In this document: positions 7,497 through 16,750 of the stretch, in pieces
Numbering within the stretch: position 1 is the first letter of the stretch
How the letters are laid out: each line of letters opens with the position of its first letter
Origin: a virus
Lineage: Duplodnaviria; Caudoviricetes
Virus record (IMG/VR): IMGVR_UViG_3300042358_000005
Coordinates: 1 to 64,000 of that record
Length of the DNA: 64,000 bases
Strand: one strand, 5' to 3'
Notes under the pieces: model-generated
Told to the model about the DNA's origin: nothing
The model's database searches: none
Seen by the model: the letters and a program-made list of their open reading frames with translations, nothing else
Translations under genes and position numbers: made by a program

Positions 7497-7767
7497 AATG
7501 CTATATATATTATTTATGTTGTATGTATTGTTGTATGTTGTTTTGTATGCCATTTTAGTGTCTATGTCTCCACTGCTAAGTATAAACACACATAAAAAGT
7601 TTAAACTATTTTTAAGTTATACTTGATTATCAAGCATTTAACTAAATAAAAGTTTATTTCTCCCTCGTAAAAAGTTTTTATACCTATATATATAGGTAAA
7701 GATTCGTTTGATTAGTTATTACCCAACCAAACGATTCTCTCCCACCCCTTATATGAACCAATAGTGC

Positions 7768-8133
7768 TTAAAGCACTATCAATTCATCATCAGTAATAGC
7801 AACTTCAACAAGTGCTTTAATGGTAAGCTTAGCAGTATCATGCCAAACAAGACTTCTTTCTTCATTATGGATAGAGTATAATCCATCAGATGATTTAGAT
7901 AATGGATAGTTTAACAAAGTGCCCAATGAGATTTGTTTAGTTCTCAATAACTTTGATAATGGCATAGATACAATTGCAGTCTCCACTTTACCACTAGCAG
8001 TCTTAACTTTCAAGTAAACTTGTTTTTCATTATCCATTAAGTTGATTGCATCAGTTGCAATAGTTTTACCGCTAACTCCTGATAAATCACTTAATACTCC
8101 TACTCTTTCAAATGTTTTTTCTGTTGTATTCAT
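7768..8133 (-). CDS. Hypothetical protein, first gene of the leftward block
   Basis: 121-aa ORF with an A-rich Bacteroidota-type leader. Confidence 0.75.
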   Translation of the reverse strand: MNTTEKTFERVGVLSDLSGVSGKTIATDAINLMDNEKQVYLKVKTASGKVETAIVSMPLSKLLRTKQISLGTLLNYPLSKSSDGLYSIHNEERSLVWHDTAKLTIKALVEVAITDDELIVL

Positions 8134-8277
8134 TTTTCTGTTTTTTTATTGTGCGTTTAGTTGAATGGGGGATATCCCCAACCGCCAAAAAATAGGTGGG
8201 GTAGTTGGTTGGGATGGGTCTCTACAAGTACACACACGACAGGTTTCCCAATTTGGGAAAAAAAATTTGAAAAAAAA

Positions 8278-8310
8278 TTTGGTGGGTATATGAAATATGT
8301 ACTACCTTTG
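8278..8310 (+). promoter_or_regulatory. Bacteroidota primary-sigma-type promoter
   Basis: TTTG (8278) - 21 nt - TACCTTTG (8303); a second -7 box TATCTTTG at 8437-8444. Confidence 0.55.
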
Positions 8311-8467
8311 GTGGGTGGGTGGGTATGTCTATATTGAAATATGTTATCTTCTACGCTTATGTATAGAAAAGTATTCATAATATAGCAATGATATAAAATA
8401 TTTTATCTATTATGTTCATAGTATGTTTTTATTATATATCTTTGTCAATAGATTATGAAACTAAATT

Positions 8468-8872
8468 ATGGAACCAACGAAGATTATCATACAAAAACTT
8501 AAGAAGGATGTATCTACAGATATAGCACTAGCAGAGAAATACTATTCTATTCTATCAGCTATAAACAATCTTCATCTTACAGAAAGAGAGATACAGCTTA
8601 TAGCCTTTACATCAATCAAGGGTAACATTACATATGCTAATGTGAGAGAAGAGTTTTGTAAGACATATAATAGTACATCTCCTTCTATTAATAACATCAT
8701 CTCTAAACTTAAGAAGGTAGGAATATTTATTAAGGAGAATGGTAAGGTGAAGGTGAATCCAATCATAGTGATTGATTTCAAGAATGATTTAACATTAGAA
8801 ATAAAACTAGTACATGGAGAAGCCATCAACAATGACATTGAAGGAGTGGATCATCAAGAGGATGTCAATTAA
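8468..8872 (+). CDS. Winged-HTH DNA-binding protein
   Basis: LTEREIQL...SINNIISKLKKVGIF..NGKVKVNP, a wHTH-like pattern. Confidence 0.6.
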   Translation: MEPTKIIIQKLKKDVSTDIALAEKYYSILSAINNLHLTEREIQLIAFTSIKGNITYANVREEFCKTYNSTSPSINNIISKLKKVGIFIKENGKVKVNPIIVIDFKNDLTLEIKLVHGEAINNDIEGVDHQEDVN

Positions 8873-9176
8873 CATGGTGATATCTGAGAAGGTGATTGAT
8901 CAAGTGATAACACACCAATTCGATTCTGCCAATGACGCTCTTAATACAAATGATAGCTTAGAGATCTCGGGGTTTGGTAAGTTTTTGTTTAATACAAAGA
9001 AGGCCAATACAAGATACGCAAAGCTTCTAAGTATAAAGCAGTCATATGATAACATTCTGGCTGATCTATCTATATCAGATAAGAAGAGGCACTCAACAGA
9101 ATTAAGAATGCAGACAGTGTTAACAGATATCAAAATATTAAAACCAAAAATATATGAGCCTAGGACAGATATATGA
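8814..9176 (+). CDS. HU/IHF-like DNA-binding protein
   Basis: LEISGFGKF signature; IHF-like genes are typical of crAss-like phages. Confidence 0.65.
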   Translation: MEKPSTMTLKEWIIKRMSINMVISEKVIDQVITHQFDSANDALNTNDSLEISGFGKFLFNTKKANTRYAKLLSIKQSYDNILADLSISDKKRHSTELRMQTVLTDIKILKPKIYEPRTDI

Positions 9177-9435
9177 GGGATGGAAGAATCATCTTCTTCC
9201 TGAGGAAAGAAACAAAGCTTTCATAGAACATACAAGTCAGTTAAGAATGGATGTATGTCACAATTGTGAAGAACATTCTTCTAATAAGAATGGGTATTCA
9301 TCAATGAGGCCAGATGCACATTGCACTAATTGTGGATGTACATTGTCAGCAAAGACTAAATGTTTAACCTGTGAATGTCCATTGAAGAAATGGGAAGCCA
9401 CAGAAATACCTAAAGAGGATGTTGAAACTACGTAA
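9154..9435 (+). CDS. Zinc-finger protein
   Basis: CxxC...CxxCGC...KTKC...CPLKKW. Confidence 0.7.
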   Translation: MSLGQIYEGWKNHLLPEERNKAFIEHTSQLRMDVCHNCEEHSSNKNGYSSMRPDAHCTNCGCTLSAKTKCLTCECPLKKWEATEIPKEDVETT

Positions 9436-9691
9436 GATACCATTGGAACCTCTGATTCAAATACTCCAAGATCTATATGATAGTGGAGCTGATTACATTG
9501 ATATATCAGGTGAGCAGAATGGAGAAGGAGAGTCGTTAAAAGATATTATACAGATCACTGTCAAACCTGATTACATGAGTGATCCAGAAGATGTGGTTGA
9601 AAACATAGAGTTGGATTATTCTGAAGATGATGTGCCAGATACAACAACAAGAACATTGTCTGATGATGATATAAACAATCTAATAGAATGA
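9419..9691 (+). CDS. Acidic hypothetical protein
   Basis: ORF in an overlapping chain of plus-strand genes. Confidence 0.7.
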   Translation: MLKLRKIPLEPLIQILQDLYDSGADYIDISGEQNGEGESLKDIIQITVKPDYMSDPEDVVENIELDYSEDDVPDTTTRTLSDDDINNLIE

Positions 9692-9957
9692 GCAAGCCAA
9701 ACTATTATAACCAAATCATTCAGACACTGAAGAGATTAAAGAAAGCTCATGTTACATATAATATGGGAAGACATATATCTACAGCATTAGATGGATCTGA
9801 TCTATGGGGAGTGTCAGATAGAGAACTATTAATTTCCTTACAAAGATATGAAGCAAGTCTTGAGATGGATGTTGATCATAATGAAGAAGAAATAGAAGCC
9901 ATTATAAAAGATGGCATGAATTTAGAGAACACATTGTTCGAAGAGGAGGAAGATTAA
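9688..9957 (+). CDS. Hypothetical protein
   Basis: ATGA-coupled ORF. Confidence 0.7.
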   Translation: MSKPNYYNQIIQTLKRLKKAHVTYNMGRHISTALDGSDLWGVSDRELLISLQRYEASLEMDVDHNEEEIEAIIKDGMNLENTLFEEEED

Positions 9958-9980
9958 TAATAATAAAGACTAACTACATT

Positions 9981-10361
9981 ATGGAAGATATTAAAGATAG
10001 AGATGAAATAAATTATTCAGGTGAAATACCAGCTTGTGGATCAGAAACTATTTGTGAGACAATGCAAGATTTTTTAGATAAAGATATTGATATTGTTAGG
10101 TATGAAGATAGAATGATAAGAATGGGTCTTGATCCAAATGATGATGATGCAAAACAATTAGATGATTTTCTTGGAGAAGAAGATAACTCATATGATGAGT
10201 ATTTAAGAATCAAAAGAGATGCATTAAGATCAATTCTATATGAAGAAGATAGAATTCAAGAACTTATGTTTAAACTAAAAGAACATATGTTAATTATTAA
10301 AAATTGTAAAGAAGAAATTGATTCAGCTTTTGCAAAATACATATCAATACAATGGCAGTAA
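9981..10361 (+). CDS. Acidic hypothetical protein
   Basis: 126-aa ORF; AACTACATT leader. Confidence 0.7.
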   Translation: MEDIKDRDEINYSGEIPACGSETICETMQDFLDKDIDIVRYEDRMIRMGLDPNDDDAKQLDDFLGEEDNSYDEYLRIKRDALRSILYEEDRIQELMFKLKEHMLIIKNCKEEIDSAFAKYISIQWQ

Positions 10362-10684
10362 AGAAAACTACATACATAAATACAGAACTTGATTGGGCTG
10401 AAGAACAATTATCAAGCTGGAAACAATACGTTGATTTAAATCCTTTACATACATTAGAGGATAGAATCAAATGGAAAGAAACAAAAGCTGGTGGTGCTAT
10501 GCCTATGGTGATAGCATCTATTGAAGCTCAAGGAAAGTTTGTACAAGAGACAATGAAAAACTATCTAGCTCTCTTAGAACAAGTTGAGAAGCTACGTGAG
10601 AAAGAAGAAGCTAAGGTGGTGCCTGTAAGAGGTGGTGTTGAGCTTGGTAGTATGGCAGAGGATTTCTTAAAGGGTAGAAGATAA
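10352..10684 (+). CDS. Possible terminase small subunit
   Basis: Position immediately upstream of and coupled to terL; helical; ends VRGG...; positional inference only. Confidence 0.4.
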   Translation: MAVKKTTYINTELDWAEEQLSSWKQYVDLNPLHTLEDRIKWKETKAGGAMPMVIASIEAQGKFVQETMKNYLALLEQVEKLREKEEAKVVPVRGGVELGSMAEDFLKGRR

Positions 10685-12711
10685 TGATAGATGGTTTACA
10701 AAGTATTGATTACAAGGATTGGTTCATCAATCAAAAGAGAGTTCCAAGTAAGGACTCAGATGAGTATAAAGCGTTCTATGCCTTTCATAAACAACTATGT
10801 ATTGATGGCTGTACAATGGGAGGAGTTTATATTAACCCTTTTCTATATTGGCATTTAAACTTCTGGAATACAGAGGTTGATATTATAGATGAACGTGGAA
10901 GGATATCACAAAAATATGCTAACCCATATATGCGTGATAATGAATGGGTTATAACAAATGAAATAGATAGAGCACAAATAGAAAAGAAAGGTCTAGTTAT
11001 TCTAGGCATTCGTCGTTTGGCTAAGTCAGTAATTGAGAGCAGTTATATAGGTTGGGGTGCAACGTTCGATGAGAACTCCCAGAATATTATAGCAGGACTG
11101 AATGCTCCCGATATAAAGCTTATCACAGATAAGATTGACAAAGGATTAAACTTCCTACCTGAAGCCTGGAGATGGCAAAGGGTAGAAGACAATTGGAAAA
11201 ACCAAGTTACATTAGGGATCAAGACAAAAGCAGGAGAGCGAATCCCCTTTTCTCAGATCCTTATTCGTAACTTAGATGGTGGTAACAATGAAGAGGCTAT
11301 TGCAGGTACAAAACCTAGAAAGCTAATCATTGATGAGATAGGTAAGGGATCATTCTTACGTGGTCTTCAGGCTGCAACACCAGGTTTCACCACACCATTT
11401 GGTTGGGGCTGTAGCCCTATTCTTACAGGTACAGGTGGAGATATGCAGAATTTCATGGATGCAAAGAGTTTAATGTTCGATGTAGAGAATTTTAACTTCT
11501 TAGAATATAAGAGTGCAAAAGATGATCAAAGAATCCATGGACTATTCATTTCTCATAAATATAGAATGGAAGCTAAAGAAGAATCTTCTTTAGGAGCCTT
11601 CTTAGAACAACCAGCAGGTTCAGAGTTGCATAATGTAAAGATGTTAGTTTCTAATGAAGAGAAAGCTGATAAGATTACAAATGATAACCTTGAGAGATTA
11701 AAGAAAGCTGGGGATAGACTAGCTTATTTAAAAGAGAAGATGTACTATCCACAAGAAGTAGATGATATATTCTTAAACGAAGATACGAACATATTTGATA
11801 TTGAAGCATCTAAACGTCAGAAGACTAGATTGTTAGCACAAGAAAGAACAGGAACACCTGTTGTTTTATATGATGATGGTCAAGGAGTGAGACATGAGTT
11901 TACAGATAAGGTGCCTATATCAAACTTCCCTCTTAAGAATAGTGACAACAAAGAAGCTCCTGTAGTGATATATGAGTTTCCAATTGAAAGTCCTCCATAT
12001 GGATTATATGTAGCAGGGATTGACCCTTATAGACAAGGTAAGTCTGCATATTCAAGTTCATTAGGATCTGTGTATATATACAAACGTATGCATGCTATAT
12101 CAGGAGAGAAGTATCAAGATATGTTTGTAGCTAGTTATTGTGCTAGACCAGAGAAGAAAGAAACATGGGAAGAGCAAGCTCGTTATCTTATAAAGTATTA
12201 CAATGCTAGAGCTCTATGTGAAAACGATGAGATCTCTTTTATTGACTATATGATAGCTAAAGGAGATGCCCATTATTTAGAGAAACAACCAGATTGGTTG
12301 AAAGAAATAGTTCCAAATACCACTGTTAGAAGGGATTACGGAATACATAGATCTTCTGAGAAAATACGAGACTTCTTACATGGATGTCTTAAGAAATATA
12401 CAGAAGAAGTGGTACATACAGAAAAGGATGAAGATGGTAATATCATTTCTGAGATAAAGGGTATGGCCAAGATATTTGATCCTGTTCTATTAGAAGAGAT
12501 GATTCAGTATAATGAATCAGGTAACTTTGATAGAATCATTGCAGCTGAGTTAGCAATAGCTTTAGCAATGAAACTGGATCCCATTATGGGAAAAATAGGA
12601 GGAGAGCAAGATGTAAGAATACAATCAATGTTCAAAAAGAACAAAAAGAATACTCTGTTTACAGAAAGCAGATCAATGTTTAACACACCAAAAAATAAAT
12701 TGTTTAGATAA
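10684..12711 (+). CDS. terL: Terminase large subunit
   Basis: RRLAKS Walker A variant, LIIDEIG Walker B, AGIDPY nuclease Asp, GNFDRI; precedes the portal. Confidence 0.93.
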   Translation: MIDGLQSIDYKDWFINQKRVPSKDSDEYKAFYAFHKQLCIDGCTMGGVYINPFLYWHLNFWNTEVDIIDERGRISQKYANPYMRDNEWVITNEIDRAQIEKKGLVILGIRRLAKSVIESSYIGWGATFDENSQNIIAGLNAPDIKLITDKIDKGLNFLPEAWRWQRVEDNWKNQVTLGIKTKAGERIPFSQILIRNLDGGNNEEAIAGTKPRKLIIDEIGKGSFLRGLQAATPGFTTPFGWGCSPILTGTGGDMQNFMDAKSLMFDVENFNFLEYKSAKDDQRIHGLFISHKYRMEAKEESSLGAFLEQPAGSELHNVKMLVSNEEKADKITNDNLERLKKAGDRLAYLKEKMYYPQEVDDIFLNEDTNIFDIEASKRQKTRLLAQERTGTPVVLYDDGQGVRHEFTDKVPISNFPLKNSDNKEAPVVIYEFPIESPPYGLYVAGIDPYRQGKSAYSSSLGSVYIYKRMHAISGEKYQDMFVASYCARPEKKETWEEQARYLIKYYNARALCENDEISFIDYMIAKGDAHYLEKQPDWLKEIVPNTTVRRDYGIHRSSEKIRDFLHGCLKKYTEEVVHTEKDEDGNIISEIKGMAKIFDPVLLEEMIQYNESGNFDRIIAAELAIALAMKLDPIMGKIGGEQDVRIQSMFKKNKKNTLFTESRSMFNTPKNKLFR

Positions 12712-12712
12712 C

Positions 12713-15298
12713 ATGGCAATAATTAGATATACAAAAGACGCTACCATCAGGTATGCTTACTTAAACATCTTCCCTGATCAGTTCAAGACAGATAAAGAGA
12801 AACAAGATGAGAGTTGGATTAAGAACACAATGGACTATTTTTCCAACAAAGCATATGCTGAGTATGTAAAGAATAGAGACACATTTGTTAAGAATTATGA
12901 TCTTATGAAAGGAATCTTACGTATGGAAGATTTCTATCAAGAACCAGAGGTGAGAAGCTTTACAGATGTGCTTACAGCAGATCTAGAACTTCCTGCTTAT
13001 GTAAAGATGTATTCAATTATCACCACTCCTGTAAATGAGTTGGTTGGTGAGATATCTAAAAGACCAGATACATTTAGAGTGAAAGCTTTTGATGATGATA
13101 GTAAAGCAGAAGAATTACAGTTTAAAACAGACACTCTTCAACAATATGTAATCAGTCAAGTTAAACAACAACTCACTGTAAAAGCTGCAATGGCAGGAGA
13201 AGAAATTGATCCTGATCAATTGGAACAAATGACAATGGAACAAGTTAAGGATCAGCTAGATAGCTACACTTCAACTGCAGAAAAATGGGCTAACCATATT
13301 CTTACATGTCAAAAAGCTGAGTTCAATCTTAAAGAAAAAAGTGAAGATGCCTTTAGAGATCTTTTAATATCTGCTAGAGAGTTTTATCATATATATGAAG
13401 ACAACTCGAAACTTGGATTTAATATTGAAGTGGCTAATCCAAAGAACACTTGGTTTTTAAGTACACCAGATAGAAAGTGGATATCAGATGTTACAGGTAG
13501 AGCACAAGGAGCATATGCTGCTGGTACTGTACAAGTAATGGAACTTTCAGAGATTATTGAAAGTGTACCAGATCTTACAAAAGAAGAGATCGATCATTTA
13601 CGTAGTTCTTTACAGGATTATGGATTGATTAATGTTAGAGAATCTAATCTAGGTAACCCAGATGCTGTTCCAGGACAAGACTCTGTAATGTATGATACAT
13701 TTGACCCTCTTGTTCTACAAACAAGAATGATCATTGAATCAGAGATGAAAGAGAACAATGATGGATTAAAAGATTTCTTAGGGCTTACAAACAATGTTAG
13801 TTCATTCGGATATAAGTATGTTGTTGTAAGAAGCTATTGGATATCTAAAAAGAAAATAGGTAAATTGATTTATATAGATGAGATGGGTAATGAGCAATCT
13901 ACACTTGTCACTGAAGATTACAAATCAGGAAGTATGCCTACACAACAATCATTAGAATGGGGATGGATTAACCAATGGTACCAAGGAACAAAAATTGGTC
14001 CAGATATCTATCATATCAAACCATTTAAGTTATTAAACTATTGTCCTATTATAGGTACAACATATGAGGTGAAGAATACAGAAGCTAAAAGCTTAGTAGA
14101 TCTTATGAAACCTTTCCAAGTGTTATATAATGTATGTATGAATCAATTATACAAACTTCTTGAGAAAGAAGTTGGTAAGGTTCAATTAATGTCATTAAGA
14201 CATATTCCTATTCCTAAAGATGGAGATGCACAAGATGCTCTTGACATCTGGGAAATGGAAGCACGTAATAGAGGTGTGGTATTTATTGATGACAGTCCAG
14301 AGAATTTAAAATCTCCTAGTTCATTCAATCAATTCACTGCTCTTGATTTAACACGTACACAAGAGATACAATCAAGATATACTTTAGCACAACAACTTAA
14401 AGCTGAGTGTTGGGAACTTGTAGGTATGTCTAAACAGCGTATGGGATCTATTTCTGCCTCTGAAAGTGCTACAGGTACAAATACTGCGATGGAGCAGAGT
14501 TACTCTCAAACAGAGCCTTTATTTGTGGCTCACGAGTACGTGCTTGGACAGCTTTATCAAAGTATTGTAGATGCAGCATTATATGTAGAGAGCTCTAAAC
14601 CACAAAGTACATTATCATATATTACAGATGAGGGAGAAGCAGCATTTGTACAAGTGAATGGATCAGATCTTTCATTACGTGATTTAAAAGTATTCCTTAC
14701 TAATAGACCAGAAGATACACAAATGTTTAATGAACTTAGACAACTTTCTCAAGCTATTATTCAGAATGGTGGCACGCTTTATGATGTAATAGAATTATAT
14801 TCTACCAAGTCTATGAGAGAGATGAAGAAAACCTTCAAAGATCTTAGAGACAAACAAGTTGCTCAACAAGAGCAAGCTCAACAACTTGAGCAACAAAAAC
14901 TTCAACAACAACAAGAACAATCACAAGCAGCTTTACAAAACACCCAAGTGTTGCAACAAGAGCAACAAGCTCATGATGATTATCAAAATGAACTTGATAG
15001 ACTTAATAAAAAAGAGATTGCTTTGATTCAAGCTTATGGTAGAAATGAAAATGCTATGGCTGATGTTGATGAATCTGGAACTGCAGATGCATTAGAGGTG
15101 GCAAACCTATCTATGCAACAAGCAAAAGCTGAAAAAGACTATCAAGCTAAGATGGCTGACATTGGTTCTAAGAATACAATGGCTGCACAAAAACTAGAGA
15201 TAGAAAGAGAGAAAATCAAAGTGGCTAAACTTAATCAAGCAAACGATCTTGCTGTTGCTAAGGAAAATGCTAAGGGTAGAAATAATAAAAAAGGTTAG
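12713..15298 (+). CDS. Portal protein
   Basis: 861 aa following terL; ELVGMSKQRMG portal-like segment; Gln-rich C-terminal coiled-coil barrel. Confidence 0.88.
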   Translation: MAIIRYTKDATIRYAYLNIFPDQFKTDKEKQDESWIKNTMDYFSNKAYAEYVKNRDTFVKNYDLMKGILRMEDFYQEPEVRSFTDVLTADLELPAYVKMYSIITTPVNELVGEISKRPDTFRVKAFDDDSKAEELQFKTDTLQQYVISQVKQQLTVKAAMAGEEIDPDQLEQMTMEQVKDQLDSYTSTAEKWANHILTCQKAEFNLKEKSEDAFRDLLISAREFYHIYEDNSKLGFNIEVANPKNTWFLSTPDRKWISDVTGRAQGAYAAGTVQVMELSEIIESVPDLTKEEIDHLRSSLQDYGLINVRESNLGNPDAVPGQDSVMYDTFDPLVLQTRMIIESEMKENNDGLKDFLGLTNNVSSFGYKYVVVRSYWISKKKIGKLIYIDEMGNEQSTLVTEDYKSGSMPTQQSLEWGWINQWYQGTKIGPDIYHIKPFKLLNYCPIIGTTYEVKNTEAKSLVDLMKPFQVLYNVCMNQLYKLLEKEVGKVQLMSLRHIPIPKDGDAQDALDIWEMEARNRGVVFIDDSPENLKSPSSFNQFTALDLTRTQEIQSRYTLAQQLKAECWELVGMSKQRMGSISASESATGTNTAMEQSYSQTEPLFVAHEYVLGQLYQSIVDAALYVESSKPQSTLSYITDEGEAAFVQVNGSDLSLRDLKVFLTNRPEDTQMFNELRQLSQAIIQNGGTLYDVIELYSTKSMREMKKTFKDLRDKQVAQQEQAQQLEQQKLQQQQEQSQAALQNTQVLQQEQQAHDDYQNELDRLNKKEIALIQAYGRNENAMADVDESGTADALEVANLSMQQAKAEKDYQAKMADIGSKNTMAAQKLEIEREKIKVAKLNQANDLAVAKENAKGRNNKKG

Positions 15299-15303
15299 AA
15301 AAC

Positions 15304-15323
15304 TTCTCCTCTTCGGAGGAGAA
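15304..15323 (+). terminator. Stable C(UUCG)G hairpin after the portal gene (terminator or mRNA stabiliser)
   Basis: TTCTCCTC-TTCG-GAGGAGAA; no U tract on the plus strand. Confidence 0.5.
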
Positions 15324-15377
15324 AAATATATTAATGCTATATTATTTACAAAATTGGCATACAACAACCAATAATAC

Positions 15378-15408
15378 TTTGATATTAAATAGTGTTATTA
15401 TACTTTTA
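15378..15408 (+). promoter_or_regulatory. Host-type promoter for the capsid operon
   Basis: TTTG - 19 nt - TACTTTTA (one mismatch to TAnnTTTG). Confidence 0.45.
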
Positions 15409-15440
15409 CATAAATAAACCAAACATAAATACAACTACAT

Positions 15441-16715
15441 ATGGCTGATAATTTAGATAACTTTAGTATTCAAGGTACTATGGAAATGGGAATGGGTAAT
15501 CAAGAATTATTGAATGACCTGTATTCTCCTGAAACAGCATCCTCTAATCCAGAAGATGTCACTGCAATTATAAAAGATGCTGATGCTCCTGCTGCACCAA
15601 ATGCACCAGCAGTACCAAAAGGTAAGGACATTGTTCCTCCTAAAAGTGTTGATGGTAAAACAGATGAAGAAAAACTTGATGGTCAATCAATGATCTCTGA
15701 CTTCTTAAGTGATAATGATGATGATGAAGATGATGATACACCACCAGTAGCAAAACCTGCAAAACCTGCAAGTGATGATAATGATGATGATACAGATAAT
15801 GATGATGATTCAAATGATCAACAAGGTACACAGTTTAGTGCTCTTGCAAATGATCTTTATAAACTAGGTGTTTTTACATCTGATGATGATGATGATCAAG
15901 AACCAATCTCAACACCTGAAGAATTCTTAGAAAAATTCAACAATGAAAAGAAAAAAGGTGCTACTGAAATGGTACAAAATTTCATAGGACAATTTGGAGA
16001 AGATTACCAAGAAGCTTTTGAAGCCATATTTGTGAAAGGAGTTAATCCAAAAGATTACTTTGGTACTTATAATCAAGTGTTAAATTTTGCTGAGATGGAT
16101 CTTTCAAATGAAGACAATCAAGTGAGAGTTATAAAACAAGCTTTAGCTGATCAAGGATTTGAACCTGAAGATATTGAAACAGATATTGAAAGACTTAAAA
16201 ACTATGGTGATTTAGAAAGCGTAGCTACAAAACATCACAAGGTGTTAGTGAAGAAAGAAGCAGCCAAGTTACAACAAATGGAAGTTAAATCTGAACAAGA
16301 ATTACAACAAAAAAATGCTGTTAAAACTCAGTATATAAATAACGTGCAAACCATCTTACAAGATAAGGTGAAAGCAAAAGAGTTTGATGGTATTCCTATC
16401 AATCCAAAATTAGCAACAGAACTACAAGACTTCTTATTAGTAGATAAGTGGAAAACTCCATCAGGAGAAACTCTTACAGACTTTGATCGTGCTATTCTGG
16501 ATTTAAAGAAACCAGAGAATCATTCACAGAAAGTTAAGATAGGGCTTCTTTTAAAGATGTTAGAAAAAGATCCTACATTATCAACTATACAACGAACAGG
16601 TGTGACTAAAAAGTCTAATGAGTTGTTTGGAGAAGTTGCAAGACAAGTTACAAAAGCTAAAACGCCTGGAGTAACTAATAGCGGTGGTGCTAATTCAAAA
16701 TCATGGTTCTTATAA
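15441..16715 (+). CDS. Putative capsid scaffolding/assembly protein
   Basis: Acidic disordered N-terminus plus helical C-terminus; lies between portal and major capsid gene. Confidence 0.65.
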   Translation: MADNLDNFSIQGTMEMGMGNQELLNDLYSPETASSNPEDVTAIIKDADAPAAPNAPAVPKGKDIVPPKSVDGKTDEEKLDGQSMISDFLSDNDDDEDDDTPPVAKPAKPASDDNDDDTDNDDDSNDQQGTQFSALANDLYKLGVFTSDDDDDQEPISTPEEFLEKFNNEKKKGATEMVQNFIGQFGEDYQEAFEAIFVKGVNPKDYFGTYNQVLNFAEMDLSNEDNQVRVIKQALADQGFEPEDIETDIERLKNYGDLESVATKHHKVLVKKEAAKLQQMEVKSEQELQQKNAVKTQYINNVQTILQDKVKAKEFDGIPINPKLATELQDFLLVDKWKTPSGETLTDFDRAILDLKKPENHSQKVKIGLLLKMLEKDPTLSTIQRTGVTKKSNELFGEVARQVTKAKTPGVTNSGGANSKSWFL

Positions 16716-16750
16716 CAAAACAATAAATAATTAACAAAAACGAATAACAA

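Noticed and set aside
8157-8378. 73-aa minus-strand ORF across the strand-switch region
   Set aside because: Pro/Phe-rich translation of G and A tracts; better explained as a cis-acting region
8727-8736. Eighth TTATTAAGGA copy
   Set aside because: Lies inside a plus-strand gene (codons F-I-K-E) with no credible minus-strand gene following; compatible with chance
10684-12711. Intein or intron in the terminase (common in crAss-like phages)
   Set aside because: Continuous 675-aa ORF with no intein splice motifs or endonuclease insert recognised
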